Assembly: GCF_022458985.1 (NCBI RefSeq)
Contig: NC_061776.1
Coordinates: 8,386,591 to 8,450,590, forward strand
From: Mugil cephalus
Lineage: Eukaryota
Length of the DNA stretch: 64,000 nt
Direction: 5' to 3'
Made by a program: the position numbers and the translations under genes. Under the pieces are notes generated by a model. It ran no database searches and was not told where the DNA came from. It saw only the letters and a list, made by a program, of their open reading frames with translations. Positions 48,291-60,725 of this stretch are shown here, in pieces. The first letter of the stretch is position 1, and each line of letters starts with the position of its first letter.

Positions 48291-48889
48291 AGAAGAAAAA
48301 AGTTAGATTAATTGTTGTCCATATTCTGTTAAGAGTCTGTGGAAAGGAGTTGTTTCTTTGACCCAATTATATTTAAATATCGTCCTCAAATAACCTCTAT
48401 AAATGTCACAAACGACAGTGGTTGACAAGGGGCAGCGTTGTTAACATAACGGCCTCTTTCCAAATCAAATTAATGTGATAGTCTGATGCTGTTTTGGCTG
48501 CTTGTTCACTACGAAAGGCCTGTATTGAGCAAAATTTTCATGCAAAGGGAATTCAAATAAAACTCAGCATGAGAGCTTGCGTGTCCTCCTGGTCGAATTG
48601 AATAACATCTGTGAGAATTTGTTTTCTGATTCTCGAGTCAGTGTTGAGGTGGAGATTTTGTAACCTATCAAAATCTATCAGTCCTATTTTACTCAATTTT
48701 ATTCTGCAATTTCTTTTGTCGTTAAAATATATAATAATATAAAATTTCTTGCTCAGAACTTTGCCTTGTATGTGGGTGGCCTCTGACACATCAATATTTG
48801 GGCTTAATCTTAGTTTTAAATCACCTCTGCATATCACTTAACTTTGGCATCAATAATTCAATAATATTTCTAAAAAATAAAACCCAGGG

Positions 48890-50000
48890 GGTTTGGTTCT
48901 GAGGCTCTTAAATGGTTCAAAAGAATACTTAGCAGTAAGGACTCAATGTGTCTAAGCAGAGGAAATAACTAAAGGTGTACCCCAAGGTTCCATTTTGGTG
49001 CCTATCTTGTTTTCTATTTTTATAAATGATGTAGGTTACGACATTCAAGCTAATTTGCACTTGTATGCAGATGATACAATCGTCTATACATCTGCTCCCT
49101 GTACAGCACAGGGGACTGATAAATGTCAGGCTGTATTTCAGTTATTACACAACACTATGAACAGTCTAAAATTGGCTTTAAATGCCCATAAAATAAAGTT
49201 TATGATTTTTCCATTATCTAAGATATTCTTCGTCTGATGGCACATTGATTGAAAAGGTGTCCTGCTACAAGTATTTGGGAACATGAATGGATGAAAACCT
49301 TTCATTCAATCTACATATTTCTAATCCACTTGAGAAAAACTAATTAATCTCATTATATCTTCCATACCGCTTAATCCTCACTAGGGGCGCAGGGGTTGTT
49401 GGAGCCTATCATAGCTGGCATCAGGTGAGAGGCAGGGTTCACCCTGGACAGGTCGCCAGACTATCACAGGGCTAACACATTAACAAACAACCATTCGCAC
49501 TCACACTCACACCTACGGCCAATTTAGAGTCACCAATTAGCCTAACGAGCATGTCTTTGGAGGTGGGAGGAAGCCGGAGAACCCGGAGAGAACCCACGCG
49601 GACACACGGAGAACATGCGAACTCCGCCCAGAAAGGCCCGAGCTGGACTCAAACCCGGGAAAAACAAATTAATAATAATAATTACTAAATCATGCTCTAC
49701 ATACTCTGCAAAGAAAACAAAAACTTGTGGACGCCATGTTTCTATCTGTGATTGATTGTGGTGATATACTGCGCGTGCATGCAGCTTCCTCCACCTTAAA
49801 GAGACTCGATTCAGTGCATCATGCTTCTCTATGTTTCATTCCAAACACAAAATCTCTCACTCACCACTGCATTGTTTATGATTTTGTTGCTTTTGAATGT
49901 TCCCTGATTCTTGTATCGGGCACCATGGTCGTGGAATAACCTTCAAAAATACTTTTAAGAGTACTATAAAGAATGTGACGGAGGAATGTCACCATTTCTC
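48890..50000 (+). mobile_element. Non-LTR (LINE) reverse-transcriptase fragment, interrupted by another repeat at 49370-49690
   Basis: GVPQGSILVPILFSIFINDV.. and YADDTIVY (RT motifs) at 48962-49100. LINE C-terminal-like ..FLSVIDCGDILRV.. at 49727-49940. Confidence 0.65.
49370..49690 (+). mobile_element. Interspersed repeat (SINE-like) nested in the LINE fragment
   Basis: Non-coding segment (..ggttcaccctggacaggtcgccagactatcacagggctaacac..) splitting the RT frame. Familiar as a common teleost repeat. Confidence 0.45.
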
Positions 50001-50559
50001 TTGAGAGACCACTCTTCTTGAACAGCTGTTACTCTGTTTATTGGTTTAATATTCTACTGTTTTATTGCTCATTTACGTATCTGTTTTATATTACTTTTGA
50101 CTTTGCATGGCTAACACCTACCATGGCTGAGTTAAGAGAAGTTGGGTCTAATTTCAAAGGGACTTCCTGGTTAAACAAAGATTAAATAACATAAAAAAAA
50201 ATTCCCTCACACTGAAGCACCACTATATACAGTAAATGTTTTCTTGTTATTCAGGGTAATGTTTCATATTTTTATATTCGTATTGTGATTTGATTTGACT
50301 TTTGGTTTGCTACATGAAGCTTGTATTGACTGAACTTTTTTTTTTTCACGGAAATGGCATGCAAATAAAACCCTCATGTGAGATGTGATGGCTCACTCAC
50401 ACGTGTTTTAAACTAAATATCCTCTACACATTTCCTTACTAAAGGATTCGTGGTAATGCCCCTATTTGTTTTGTTTTTCATGAATGTTGCATAATTCTGA
50501 CCATGTTTCCGCATACAGTTATGATAGAGGGAAGTTGGGTTCTTTTATAGGAAACGATT

Positions 50560-51420
50560 TCCAAGTTTATGGACAGACTGGTTGTAGATGATTAAAAGGC
50601 TACAGTAACTCAAATAACCACTGGGTACAACCAAGGAATGTAGAATACCATCTCTGAACGCACAACACGTCCAACTTTGAAGAAGAGCAGAACACCACAC
50701 TGGGGGCCACTCCTGTCAGCTAAGAACAGAAAACTGAGACTACAGTTCACACAGACTCACCAACACTGGACAATAGAATATTGGCAAAACGTTGCCTGGT
50801 CTGATGAGTCTCGATTTCAGCTGCTACATTCAGATGACAGGGTCAGAATGTGGAGTAAACAACATGAAATCATGGATCCATCCTGCCTTGTATCAACGGT
50901 TCAGGCTGGTTGTGCTGGTGTGATGGTGTGGGGGATATTTTCTTGGGACACTTTGGGTCCCTTACTACAAACTGAGCATGGTTTAAATGCCACAGCCTCC
51001 CTGAGTATTGTTGCTGACCATGTCCATCCCTTTATGACCACAGTGGACCATCTTCTGATGGCTACTTCCAGCAGGATAATGCACCATGTCACAAAGCTCA
51101 TATCATCTCAAATTGGTTTCTGGAACATGACAATGAGTTCACTGTACTCCAATGGCCTCCACAGTCACCAGATCTCAGTCCAATAGATAAAGCACCTTTG
51201 GGATGTGGTGGAACGGGAGATTCACATCATAGATGCAGCCGACAAATCTTCAGGAACTGTGTGATGCTATCATGTAAATATGAACCAACATCTCTGAGGA
51301 ATGTTTCCAATTCCTTGTTGAAAGTATGACATGAAGAATTAAGGCAGTTCTGAGGACAAAAGGGGGTCCAACCTTTTACTAGCAAAGTGTACCCAATAAA
51401 GTGGCCGGTGAGTGTACATT
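50560..51420 (+). mobile_element. Tc1-like transposon, 5'-truncated and frameshifted, with 3' TIR
   Basis: ORF 50677-51186 has WSDESRFQL and VMVWGIFSW, then a frameshifted DNAPCH and a frameshifted LQWPPQSPDLSPIDK. The 3' end is the rc of TACACTCACCGGCCACTTTATTGGGTACAC (51385-51420). Confidence 0.75.
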
Positions 51421-51439
51421 ATGTCCTTGTAAATATAAA

Positions 51440-52060
51440 GAAGTGAAAGAGGCCTTGTTACGGAACAGAAAATCAATTCTATGTCAGACTTTGGAGAGCA
51501 GTGTGTTAATGTTCACATCAACCGCCCAAGGAGGATATTTTGAGAGGACAGGTGATAAGTGGTAGATTCCGGTTGAATATCGTGCATTTTGTTTTATTGG
51601 TGTTTAAGTGAAGGTTGAAAGAAGCGTGTTGGATGTTGTTGAATTGAATTTGCAAGGAAGTCAGAGCATTGTCCAAGAAGGGGCTGGATGTGTACAAGAT
51701 GGGGTCGTCGGCATATAAATGTATATGAGAACTAGTATGGACCCCTGAGGAACACCTTTAGGCAGAGGCAGTGGGTGGGACAGAAATCCTTCGGATCTTG
51801 CAGACTGTACACAACCAGAGCAGTAGCTGTTGAATCATGCCAAGCAGTTCTCAGAGAGTCCTTTGTCCTTAAGCCCGTCAACCAGGATGTAGTGATCTAC
51901 GGAGTCAAATGATTTTGCCAGGTCAACAAACAAAGCCATGCAGATTTGCAGCCAGCTTCCTCCTCCCTGGACCGTGCCGTAGCTACTGCCACCAGTAGAT
52001 GTGCTGTTATTATAAACAATACCTTTCAGATCGTTCAAAGCAGATACTGGAAACAAGAGG
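51440..52060 (-). mobile_element. LINE RT fragment on the minus strand
   Basis: Minus-strand ORF 51835-52056 reads ..ALFVDLAKSFDSVDHYILVDGLKDKGLSENCLA, the RT domain FxDxxKAFDxV motif. Confidence 0.6.
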
Positions 52061-54499
52061 TCACTTGTACCTCACAGATAGGTAGGTCAAATGTCTACTT
52101 TGAGGACTTGTTTTCTAATAATTTTATGTACAAATGTGGAAAATTCTATTCCAATTCATTGAAATGTGTGTTAATTTGCTGCCTGCGCAAACAAAATGGA
52201 GTGCGTCTTCTGGAGCAAAGTGTCCTCTCAAAAAAATGAATTCAGGTCTGTTATGTTTAGTCAAATCAAGTGTACATTTTTATGTATCCAAATATCTACT
52301 GTCTCTCATTTGCCTTTACAAGACGTCCTTCGACCCTTGGTTTGAAATTAAGACATTGAATGTAAAAGTTACATAACATCATAGGGCCTTGTCTTTTGTG
52401 TCTACGTTTACGTCAGGTGTCCACAGCTTTATCACCACACGTTCTGGTTCAATATTAACACTTTAACTATTAATATTCGAAAATGTTAAACAGTGAGTGC
52501 ATTCATACACAGCAAAAGGAAATAGTTATAACGTGACTGCACGTTAGAGTGGTTGAGTAATCATAATCAGCTTGTCTGTCGCCTAGTACTAGTACTTAAG
52601 GTGCTGTAATATCAAAGTTATGTTCTGCATCACAAGAACAAACAATTTAAAGGATTGCAGAGCTGCCTTTTATTGAAAACGGACAGACAGGGAAGTAAAG
52701 GCCAGCTCTTTAAATTGTGTTGCCAAGGACAAGGTGTGCTAAAACCTTAATCCCACAGTTGGTCTGTAACTTCCACTCCCCGCTCCTACGCCCAGGTCAC
52801 CACCTTGAACTACTTTGTTTTCTGAGCTGTTCCTACACTTGTAGTACATGGAACAACCTTGTGTGATAATCTTCTACAGTGTTTGTGGTGATGTGCAAGT
52901 CTAAGTAACATCCACACGATGGGCCGGGACTGAAGGTTTCCCAGCAGAACACTGTAAAGAGATGATCAGTGTCATTTGTTGGTGGTTTTACTGTTGTTTC
53001 TGACTGGTGGAACGTCTAAACGAGTGGTTCCTGAACGAATACGTCGTCCCATGACTGGGTGACGGAAACAAGAATCAAGAGAGATGTTGGCAAACTAAAG
53101 TCTAGAGATAAATGTCAAGATTTGTGTAAATCTTTAAGGCCTCGACTCTGCCGGCTTTGAGACCTTGGGACCAGATTTAATGATCCTCTATTAGCTTTTA
53201 AGTAGAGCTTGAACTTACTTATAGTTTCAACTGATTAAATTACAATTTGAAATAGCACTAAATCTGCCAAAGAGGAAAAGGTGAACTTCCCCGTGCTATT
53301 TAGTTACCAGATCTGACTTGTCCTCCCTCTATATAATAGCGTCAGAGAAATAGTTTGGATAGCAATTGTTTAGTCACATGTATTTGACGTTGACCTTTAG
53401 ATTTTGCCACCACTTCCCTCTTCTTTCTCTTTGCCTTTTTGGTCTGTTGGTTCTTCATTTTCCTGGTCTCTCCCGTTGTTGAACGAGGTCCCCGCCCTGT
53501 TTTAAAGTATACTGATAAGAACAAAAGAAATCTGAGCGGGTCTGGGTGTCGGGAAAGGAGACTGCACAAGGGTTTAAATATAGCTTTTGGAGGTTTTTGG
53601 GGTAAATTCACAGGGTAACAACAAAATATTTGACAATGCTGTTGTGTTTTAAGGTTGGTTTATAGCCATCCAGGTTATAGTACATGCAAAACTAGTATAT
53701 ATAAAACAAGAGAACAACTCTACAAGTACAGTGGCCTAGTTTTTTAACCTTTTTTTTTATAAATCAAAAATTTCCCCCGGATGTACTTTGTTGTTTTATG
53801 TTTTGTACTCCTAGCCACATCACGTAGGATGGGGAAACAAATTAGAAATTTCTCATGCGGAGACAAATGACATTAAGGTGCACCATTGTTATCTTCAGTG
53901 TCCGAACAGTATGACGCTGAGTCAACAAAAGTCGTCACGAGTTGTTTATTTTGCCAGACCAAGACGAGTTAACCAACATACTCATTATCCTCTGTGCTGT
54001 CTGAACGCTGTGTTCGTTTCCTTTATTGATTCAGTGTTTTACCTGCCTCAGTGAATGTAAAACTCTCAGAGCCCAATGTTGTTCAGCAGGGTATGAAAAG
54101 CCAAACGATTGCTTTATTTGCACAGATAATTTAAAGACTCTTAAAAAAAGTCAGACTTTGACTATGATAATTAATTAGTTTTGATGATTACAGTTCAGTC
54201 ACCACCTTTCTGACGCCTTTTCTACATAAATTGAACATCATAAACATAATGCATTCTCTCTAGTGTTTTTTTTAGGTAAAAGATCATGTAACTATGAATA
54301 ACTCTGTAGTGGGGTCAACAAATCCAACTCAGCGTACCGGAAACCTTAGTTATTTTCCTCTCAGTGCTGACGGGGCTTGTTTCAAAGAAACTGCTGCAGC
54401 CGTGTGACTCAAACGCCCTCCGGGGAGGAAGTTAGACAGGTGTACTCTTACAGAGCCCCGCCCCTTTTAAGATGCTGCAAAAAGCCCCCCCCCCCCACC

Positions 54500-54646
54500 C
54501 ATTCCTGCATCACTGGCACATCAGTCTGACGTCTGCTGATTTAAGTCGTTCCCGCAGGGATCAAGTGCACTCAGAGGACAAAAAGCAGCCCGACAGAGAA
54601 CATTTCTGCAACTCAACTTTTAGCCTTCACCCAAAACAAAAAACAA
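54500..54646 (+). other. Gene C putative non-coding first exon (5'UTR); start approximate
   Basis: Upstream GC box ccccgcccc (54456-54464) and a ttttaag TATA-like motif. Donor caag|gtaagt at 54647. Confidence 0.35.
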
Positions 54647-55233
54647 GTAAGTACCTCAAATCTTTATCCATTTATCACATTGTTTTAGATATGAATTCTC
54701 AGATGTACTGAACTGCTTATTTTCATTATGTTAGAAATTTGATTAACATTTAATTTGTGTAACGAGAGTGTGACTTTTGTGAATCAGTTTATTTAATTAA
54801 GTTAATTTTTCCGTCAAATAGTTCAACAAAACTCTTTTAAATGTTAAATGTTTTAACATGTTAATGTTAAATTTTAAATGTATTCAAAACGTCTGGGGAA
54901 TAAAAGTGAGGATGAGGGATTTAACTGGTAGTTTTTTATATTATAGTAGCCAGTCATCCATCTGTTATATAAAAATAGTGTGTGTGATGGACTGTGGTGG
55001 CGCGTTTCCCAGACAGTTTCATGATATGCAAAGTTTTTCACATTGATTTACGTGTTTTTGTTTTTTCTAGACTTGACATTTGTTCTTTGCACTCAAAATG
55101 TAATGAGTTTTAATTCACAACAGAGCTAATGAAAGAGTTAATTTCTAACATCTTTCAAATTAAATTGTTCAGAAGTTAGATTTTGGCCGTCTCATTCTGA
55201 CTTTCTCTTGTCTGTAATTGCTTCCTGGCAGAA

Positions 55234-55323
55234 ATGCAGCGAGGACTGATCCTGTTGTTCGCCACAGTCATGGTTTTTGTGGCAATGGGTGTCCAAGGAA
55301 CGTCAAAAAGGGATAACACAAAG
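55234..55323 (+). CDS. Gene C exon 2: MQRGLILLFATVMVFVAMGVQGTSKRDNTK (signal peptide)
   Basis: Acceptor cctggcag|aa, ATG at 55234 and donor aag|gttggt. Confidence 0.7.
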
Positions 55324-55973
55324 GTTGGTTTTCACGGAGCTTAACCCTGTCAGGAGGTAACACAGCGACCTTTGTACGAAGCCTACGAGCTATATTTGTT
55401 TAAAAACGACTTTGACATGTTTTAATTGCACCAGCTTAGACAAGGCAAACAATACAGGTGTTTATACTGGCTCCCATAAAGCTTTTAACTTTAATGGTTT
55501 TTAGTTTCTGTTGCGTAAAAAGGTTTTACACCTTTTACATTTTTTTTTTTTGTCCTTCTGCTGGTGCTTTTATTGAGAAATGTTGATGCGGTTTATTGTT
55601 CTTTTCCAAGAAGCAGCTTTGTTTGCCTTCAATATAAGAGGGAAGTTTTAATGCTGCCTTCATGTTTCAGGTCAAAATGTGTTTGTGCTTTTAAAAAGTG
55701 AACTAAAGTAAAGTTTGCGGAGCTCAAAAGGAACACATAAAAAATATGTAGTAGTAGTTTTATATTCAGAGGTCGCTTTTTTCCATTGTATTGACATTGT
55801 CCGACACTTAAAATTATGTCAAATTTTTTGAGTGGCCCTTTAATTTAGCCACCTCCATTTACAAGTAATGACTGCACCAAAACAAACATATAAAATGAAG
55901 TATCATCTAAAGGTAGTTCAATGCCATAAGGAAATAACGATATTGACTTTTGACGTGTCCTTGTCTCTACCAG

Positions 55974-56174
55974 GTGTCCATCACTCGGGACTATTGCGGA
56001 GCCACGAAGGTGTGTGTGGAGACACCAGATAACTGTGATCCTGCAAACACCACCTGTCTGTTCACGTCCATCCATGCTAGCGACCCAAAGAATTCAAGTA
56101 CTGATCTGTTCATCGAACTCAGTGGCAGCTCCCAAGGGTACATCGCCATGGGGCTCACCGAGAACGCAACTGAG
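55974..56174 (+). CDS. Gene C exon 3: VSITRDYCGATKVCVETPDNCDPANTTCLFTSIHASDPKNSSTDLFIELSGSSQGYIAMGLTENATE
   Basis: Acceptor tctaccag|gtg and donor gag|gtacaa. 201 nt. Has the DOMON N-terminal Cys pattern. Confidence 0.7.
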
Positions 56175-57039
56175 GTACAACGCACAAAACAATGTTATGT
56201 TATGAATATCAGTAGTGATTCAGTTTGTTGTTCTCTTAGCTAACTAGCAAAACCCGGCCTAATTACTTAAAAGCAAAAAAAAAGCCAAGTGCAACAATCA
56301 AATGAAATCACTTTTCACAGAATTTTTCATGTATTCTTTGACGGAAAACATTTAGATTTATCTTCGTACATTGCAGAAGGCAGACACATTAAAAAATAGT
56401 CGACTTTTGGGACCATGCAAACCAGGAAGTTGCCACCTCAAAGGTGACGTAATGCAAATACAGGCTACTTTGTTGTATGATCCTAGATTTTACAGGTTAA
56501 TGAATGACTCACGGCAAATACTGTACCAAGGTCAGTAACCAAACAGTGAAGGAATACGTTACATACGTTAAGAGACTGTCTTCATGTTCCATTAAGTCAC
56601 CGCTTCACTGCCATATCATTGGCTAATTTGAACATATTTTTATAAACTCTTTTTTCTCTAGCTAGCTGTAGCTACGTTAGCTAGCATCATAGCAGGGGCG
56701 TCGATTCACTTTTTCTCAACAGGGCCAGACCAGTAACACAGTAGTATGTTAATCTATAAATCAACTCCACATGTTTCACTTTGTTTTAGTGCTAATAAGT
56801 ACATTATGAAAGTGTTTACATTTAATGAGCTGCACTATTGCAAAGCATGTAATGATCAACTGGACATTTATTTAAAAACGGGAGTGCAATTTCTGTTAAG
56901 TCTAGGTCTCAGTGTTGTGTTATGTCCACAATTCTCTATAAAACTGCGTGAAACTGAGAAATAGCAGTTATTTTTATTGGAAAAATATCTTCACTGATTT
57001 AATCAGGGAGTCTGATACTAAACGTGACTTGGAGGTTAA

Positions 57040-57360
57040 ATGTAAAGGTAGAAAGTTATTAAGAGCTAAAAAATAAAAACGTCACACTTACAACTGCTAT
57101 CTCTTCTGCTAAAATATCTCTGCAACTTTCCAAAGAGCTAGCAAGCAGCTAGCCTAACATGATACCGTTAAGCTAACTCCTGATACTGAAAGTGACTTGG
57201 GTGTTAAGGTATAAACTTAAAGCTATTAAGAATAAAAAATAGAAATGGCAAACTGACAAAAATGAATCGGCAACTTTCCAAAGAGCTAGCGATGAACACG
57301 CTAGCAGCTAGCCTAACATGAGACTGTTAGAAGCTAACCCCTGATACTGAACGTGGGTTA
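57040..57360. repeat. Tandem duplication of an about 150-bp unit (..caactttccaaagagctagc..gctagcctaacatga..ctgatactgaa.gtg..)
   Basis: Two adjacent copies at about 85% identity. Confidence 0.7.
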
Positions 57361-57420
57361 ATGATTTAAAGTGTTTTTGACCATTTTTATGAAATGAAGG
57401 AAAAAAAAGAACAAAACTCA

Positions 57421-57540
57421 TAATAATAATTTTTACAAGGGGCTAGCAAGGCTAACACGAGGCAAACACGAGGCAAACACGAGGCAAACACGAGGCAAAC
57501 ATGAGGCTAACACGAGGCTAACACGAGGCTAAGGAGCTTA
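57421..57540. repeat. 12-mer minisatellite (acgaggcaaac/acgaggctaac) x about 9 in gene C intron 3
   Basis: Direct read. Confidence 0.9.
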
Positions 57541-58022
57541 TAGCTCCATCTAAAACAAGACTACCTGGTAAATTGATATGCCGTTTGTTAAATTTAGCAG
57601 ATGCTACGTGATTTGTACATATGTAGTAACTTTGACACTTAACAGTTAACATTCTTGCTAGCGTGTAGGTTAGCATGATTTAACTGGACAGTGGCTACTA
57701 AGATAGCAACAAAGAAAGGCAAGAATATATACAAAAAACAAGAACAAATTTGAAAGAATATACAAAAAATAACTACTGTCAAAAACATATACAGAGGAAA
57801 ATATAAAAACATTATTTATGCACAGGGTGGAATGGGAGTTGAAATTGCTAAAATTCTCAATTGTAGACAGTGAAGTAGCTGTTTGTACAAAAAAGGAACA
57901 AGAAAACAAAGGCCGTGTGTTATGTGAAACCAGTAGAAGGATGTGCTGAAATGTGCTATTGTGTTCTCCGCAAAAACGCTAATCCTCCGAACCTTTTTAT
58001 TATCACTGCTTCATTTCCTCAG

Positions 58023-58139
58023 GGAACCACCCTGCTGTACGTCTGCGCTCGTAACACCTCCAATGGTGGCAACAACAAGTTCTTCTTCCGGACAATGGAA
58101 AGAAACAACATGAACAATTCACTGAGTGAAGCAGAGAGG
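58023..58139 (+). CDS. Gene C exon 4: GTTLLYVCARNTSNGGNNKFFFRTMERNNMNNSLSEAER
   Basis: Acceptor ttcctcag|gga and donor agg|gtgaga. 117 nt. Confidence 0.7.
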
Positions 58140-58428
58140 GTGAGACCTTGACTACAGCAAAATATTTAATTAAATTCAGTATCAATTAATACACCTACAT
58201 CTCTTTTAAATAATATTAACAAATACACAGACAGAGGATTGCTCAGATTGTGCTTTCAGATTAAAACTTCACAGTAAAAGCAAATGATAGCGTGTTTAAA
58301 CATGCTACCAAAATGATCCAAATGTATCTTTAAAGCCTTTAAAAAACACCTCATGCATCTCTTGATTACTCAACAAACAGGGGCATTTCACACGAACTCA
58401 TCAAACTTTGTGTCCTATTTGTCTGCAG

Positions 58429-58555
58429 AGTGTGACAGAAATTCGAGGCACGGTAGACGAAAGCTTTATCGAGTGCATGTTCAACGTCTCCAGTGTGAAC
58501 GCCACCAGCATCAGGAACTTCACCGTCCTCCTCGGGTGGGGAACAGTGGACGGAG
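58429..58555 (+). CDS. Gene C exon 5: SVTEIRGTVDESFIECMFNVSSVNATSIRNFTVLLGWGTVDG (phase 1 out)
   Basis: Acceptor gtctgcag|agt and donor g|gtaagt. Confidence 0.7.
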
Positions 58556-58910
58556 GTAAGTGCATTTGCTGTTTGTTTTTCCATATAAATAGACACATAA
58601 TTGAATATAGAATTGTACTTTTCTGATTCATTGTTTTTAGAGTTTTTATTTATTTATTTTTTTGCTTTTATTGTTGTGTTGTTTAGTTATTGTTTTGGTG
58701 TTTTTGCGTCTGTTTTTAATTGTGTCGGATGCCTTACTTCGAGCCGTAAGCCAAGTTTACCTGCGGGTGTAAATGAAGTAACCTGAAGACGATTAAATGC
58801 TCTCAAAATGCAACATACCCGCACACTTACCAACGTTTTATTAATTATATATATATATATATTTTTTTTTATATATATTAAACCTTTTCATGAATTCAAT
58901 TATTACACAG

Positions 58911-59039
58911 ATGGTATTAAGTCCTTCAACGTCAGCCGGACCGAAGGCCCTCTGAGTTTCGACGTCCTGACCGGCACCACCGCCGCCCCTACAACAACCA
59001 CGACAGAATCAAGAGCCAGCTACGCCCTCCAGTCCCACG
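58911..59039 (+). CDS. Gene C exon 6: (D)GIKSFNVSRTEGPLSFDVLTGTTAAPTTTTTESRASYALQSHG (Thr-rich stalk)
   Basis: Acceptor ttacacag|at and donor cacg|gtaatg. Phase 1 in and out. Confidence 0.65.
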
Positions 59040-59135
59040 GTAATGAGCCACACCGTCCTTTTCTGTTCCAGGCTGTACATATAAAAAACAACAACAACAA
59101 CAAAATAAATAAATCCACCGCTGTTCTTCTTCCAG

Positions 59136-59188
59136 CTGTTTTGCTCCTGCTGAGCGTCCTCACACTGACGGTCCTGAAGACAGACTGA
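59136..59188 (+). CDS. Gene C terminal exon: AVLLLLSVLTLTVLKTD-stop (GPI-signal-like hydrophobic tail)
   Basis: Acceptor cttccag|ct. Stop TGA 59186-59188. Confidence 0.65.
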
Positions 59189-60589
59189 AAGCGTCCGGAG
59201 AGGAAGTCGTGACCCAGCGTGATGAGAGTCGATCTATTTATACTGTGTTTATATTTAACTAATTCAGAGATGTTCAGGGGATCTTTTGCACTGTGCCCTA
59301 TAACTGCTTGGAGATGAAGAAACCAACGAAAACAGGCGCATGGTTTGATTTTTTTTTTTTAATTTTTATTTACTATTAACCAGCTTTCCCACGATTTGCA
59401 TTGGTTCGCTCATTGTAACCAGTCAGAATGTGACACGCTCAGGATGATTATGATGTTTAACAAGTTTATGTGAATATATTGTGACTGTAAACTATCTGTT
59501 GAACAGATGAGAGAACACATAACGATAACAATAAAACAGAAATTACCACTTGTGACTTTCGTGTCATTGGCTCACACACCAGAACCCAGACTCATCCAAG
59601 TGTCTTGTTCAGGTCTAAATGTCTAAATGTCCGTCTGGGAGTTTAATCGGTGGCGTAACGTCTTCAGGAAAACTTTGGTTTGCTCAGTAAAGAGCTGGCA
59701 GCACAGTTGCCTGCCGGTTACTGTATGTTTCCCACTGTCATTCTCAATCACAACATCAATTTTACACCTTTACAGTTATATACAGGCAAAAGATTAGCAG
59801 CTGATTGAGGTTAATTTACACTTTTTCCCCACATGAGATATCGTTGACTGCACTGATATCTACAAGTAGCATTCAGTGTACATGTAATACATATTTTTAG
59901 ATTTAGAAAAGTATGTTTTTACATCTTTTCTCTACAACATTTGATAAATTATTCCCTGGTAGTGTCATTTTGAAGCAGTCTACAGTGTTTTTTTTTAGGC
60001 CAAGGACCAAACTGATGGAGAAATGATCTATGCTTTAAAGATAGAGCATTTCAATACGGTGTATAATGTCTTTCTGTGTAATAATCTTACCTACTTACCT
60101 ACCTCGGGTGAATAAAAACCCGTTCTGGGGACGTCAGGCCATTTCACAAATGACCCTCATCATAATCATCATTATATCTCTGTCGCGTGTGACGCGCGGA
60201 ATAAGCAAAGCGTGTGTTTTACGATAATCCGCTGACATTATCCAGGATATAATCACATGCCTGTGTTGTTTGCCGATTCCTCTTCATTGCACGTCACAGG
60301 TAAATACCGTAGCTTACACATCCAGGACACGTGATGATTCAAATACAGTTCTGTTTGTTCGGGCACGACTCACATGTTGTCCCAAATAACATCTTTAAAA
60401 GCGGTCGGTGTCATTTTCTTTTCTTTTTTTTCTTCTTCTAATTCAAGCTTTGCATCTTTTTCTCGTTATGAAGATGTTTAGCTTGGGTTTTGTCAATTCA
60501 GGCGTTTGGGGAAAAAAATAGAAATCATCATCAAGTAGAACTGAAACGGAGAAGACATCTAAAATAAAACCAAAAACACAACTGGACTT

Positions 60590-60725
60590 GTTCATTCATT
60601 CGCTCATTCACAGAGTGAATGTGTGGGATTAGAGCAGTGGGATGTCAGAGTTAGGAGCTTGGACGTGATGTAAACCTGTCGGTCCCAGAGCTGTTTCTCT
60701 AACCACTACGCCACAACCAGCAATT
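60590..60725 (-). mobile_element. tRNA-derived SINE head (minus strand)
   Basis: The rc begins GCTGGTTGTGGCGTAGTGGTTAGAG (A-box-like TGGCGTAGTGG). It lacks a proper T-arm/B box, so it is not a functional tRNA. Confidence 0.4.

Larger units (their letters stand above)
54500..59188 (+). other. Gene C: small secreted DOMON-domain glycoprotein gene with a GPI-anchor-like C-terminus (7 exons, about 239 aa)
   Basis: Signal peptide exon, three DOMON-like exons (CGATKVC..C..C pattern, YIAMGLTEN), a Thr-rich stalk and a terminal hydrophobic AVLLLLSVLTLTVL. All splice phases are consistent. Confidence 0.7.

Noticed and set aside
50677-51186. 169-aa ORF
   Set aside because: Dead Tc1 transposase (WSDESRFQL, VMVWG), frameshifted downstream. 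Not a host gene.
60590-60725. Possible tRNA gene
   Set aside because: Only the 5' half (A-box) is tRNA-like. There is no GTTCGAATC T-arm and no cloverleaf. Called a tRNA-derived SINE instead.
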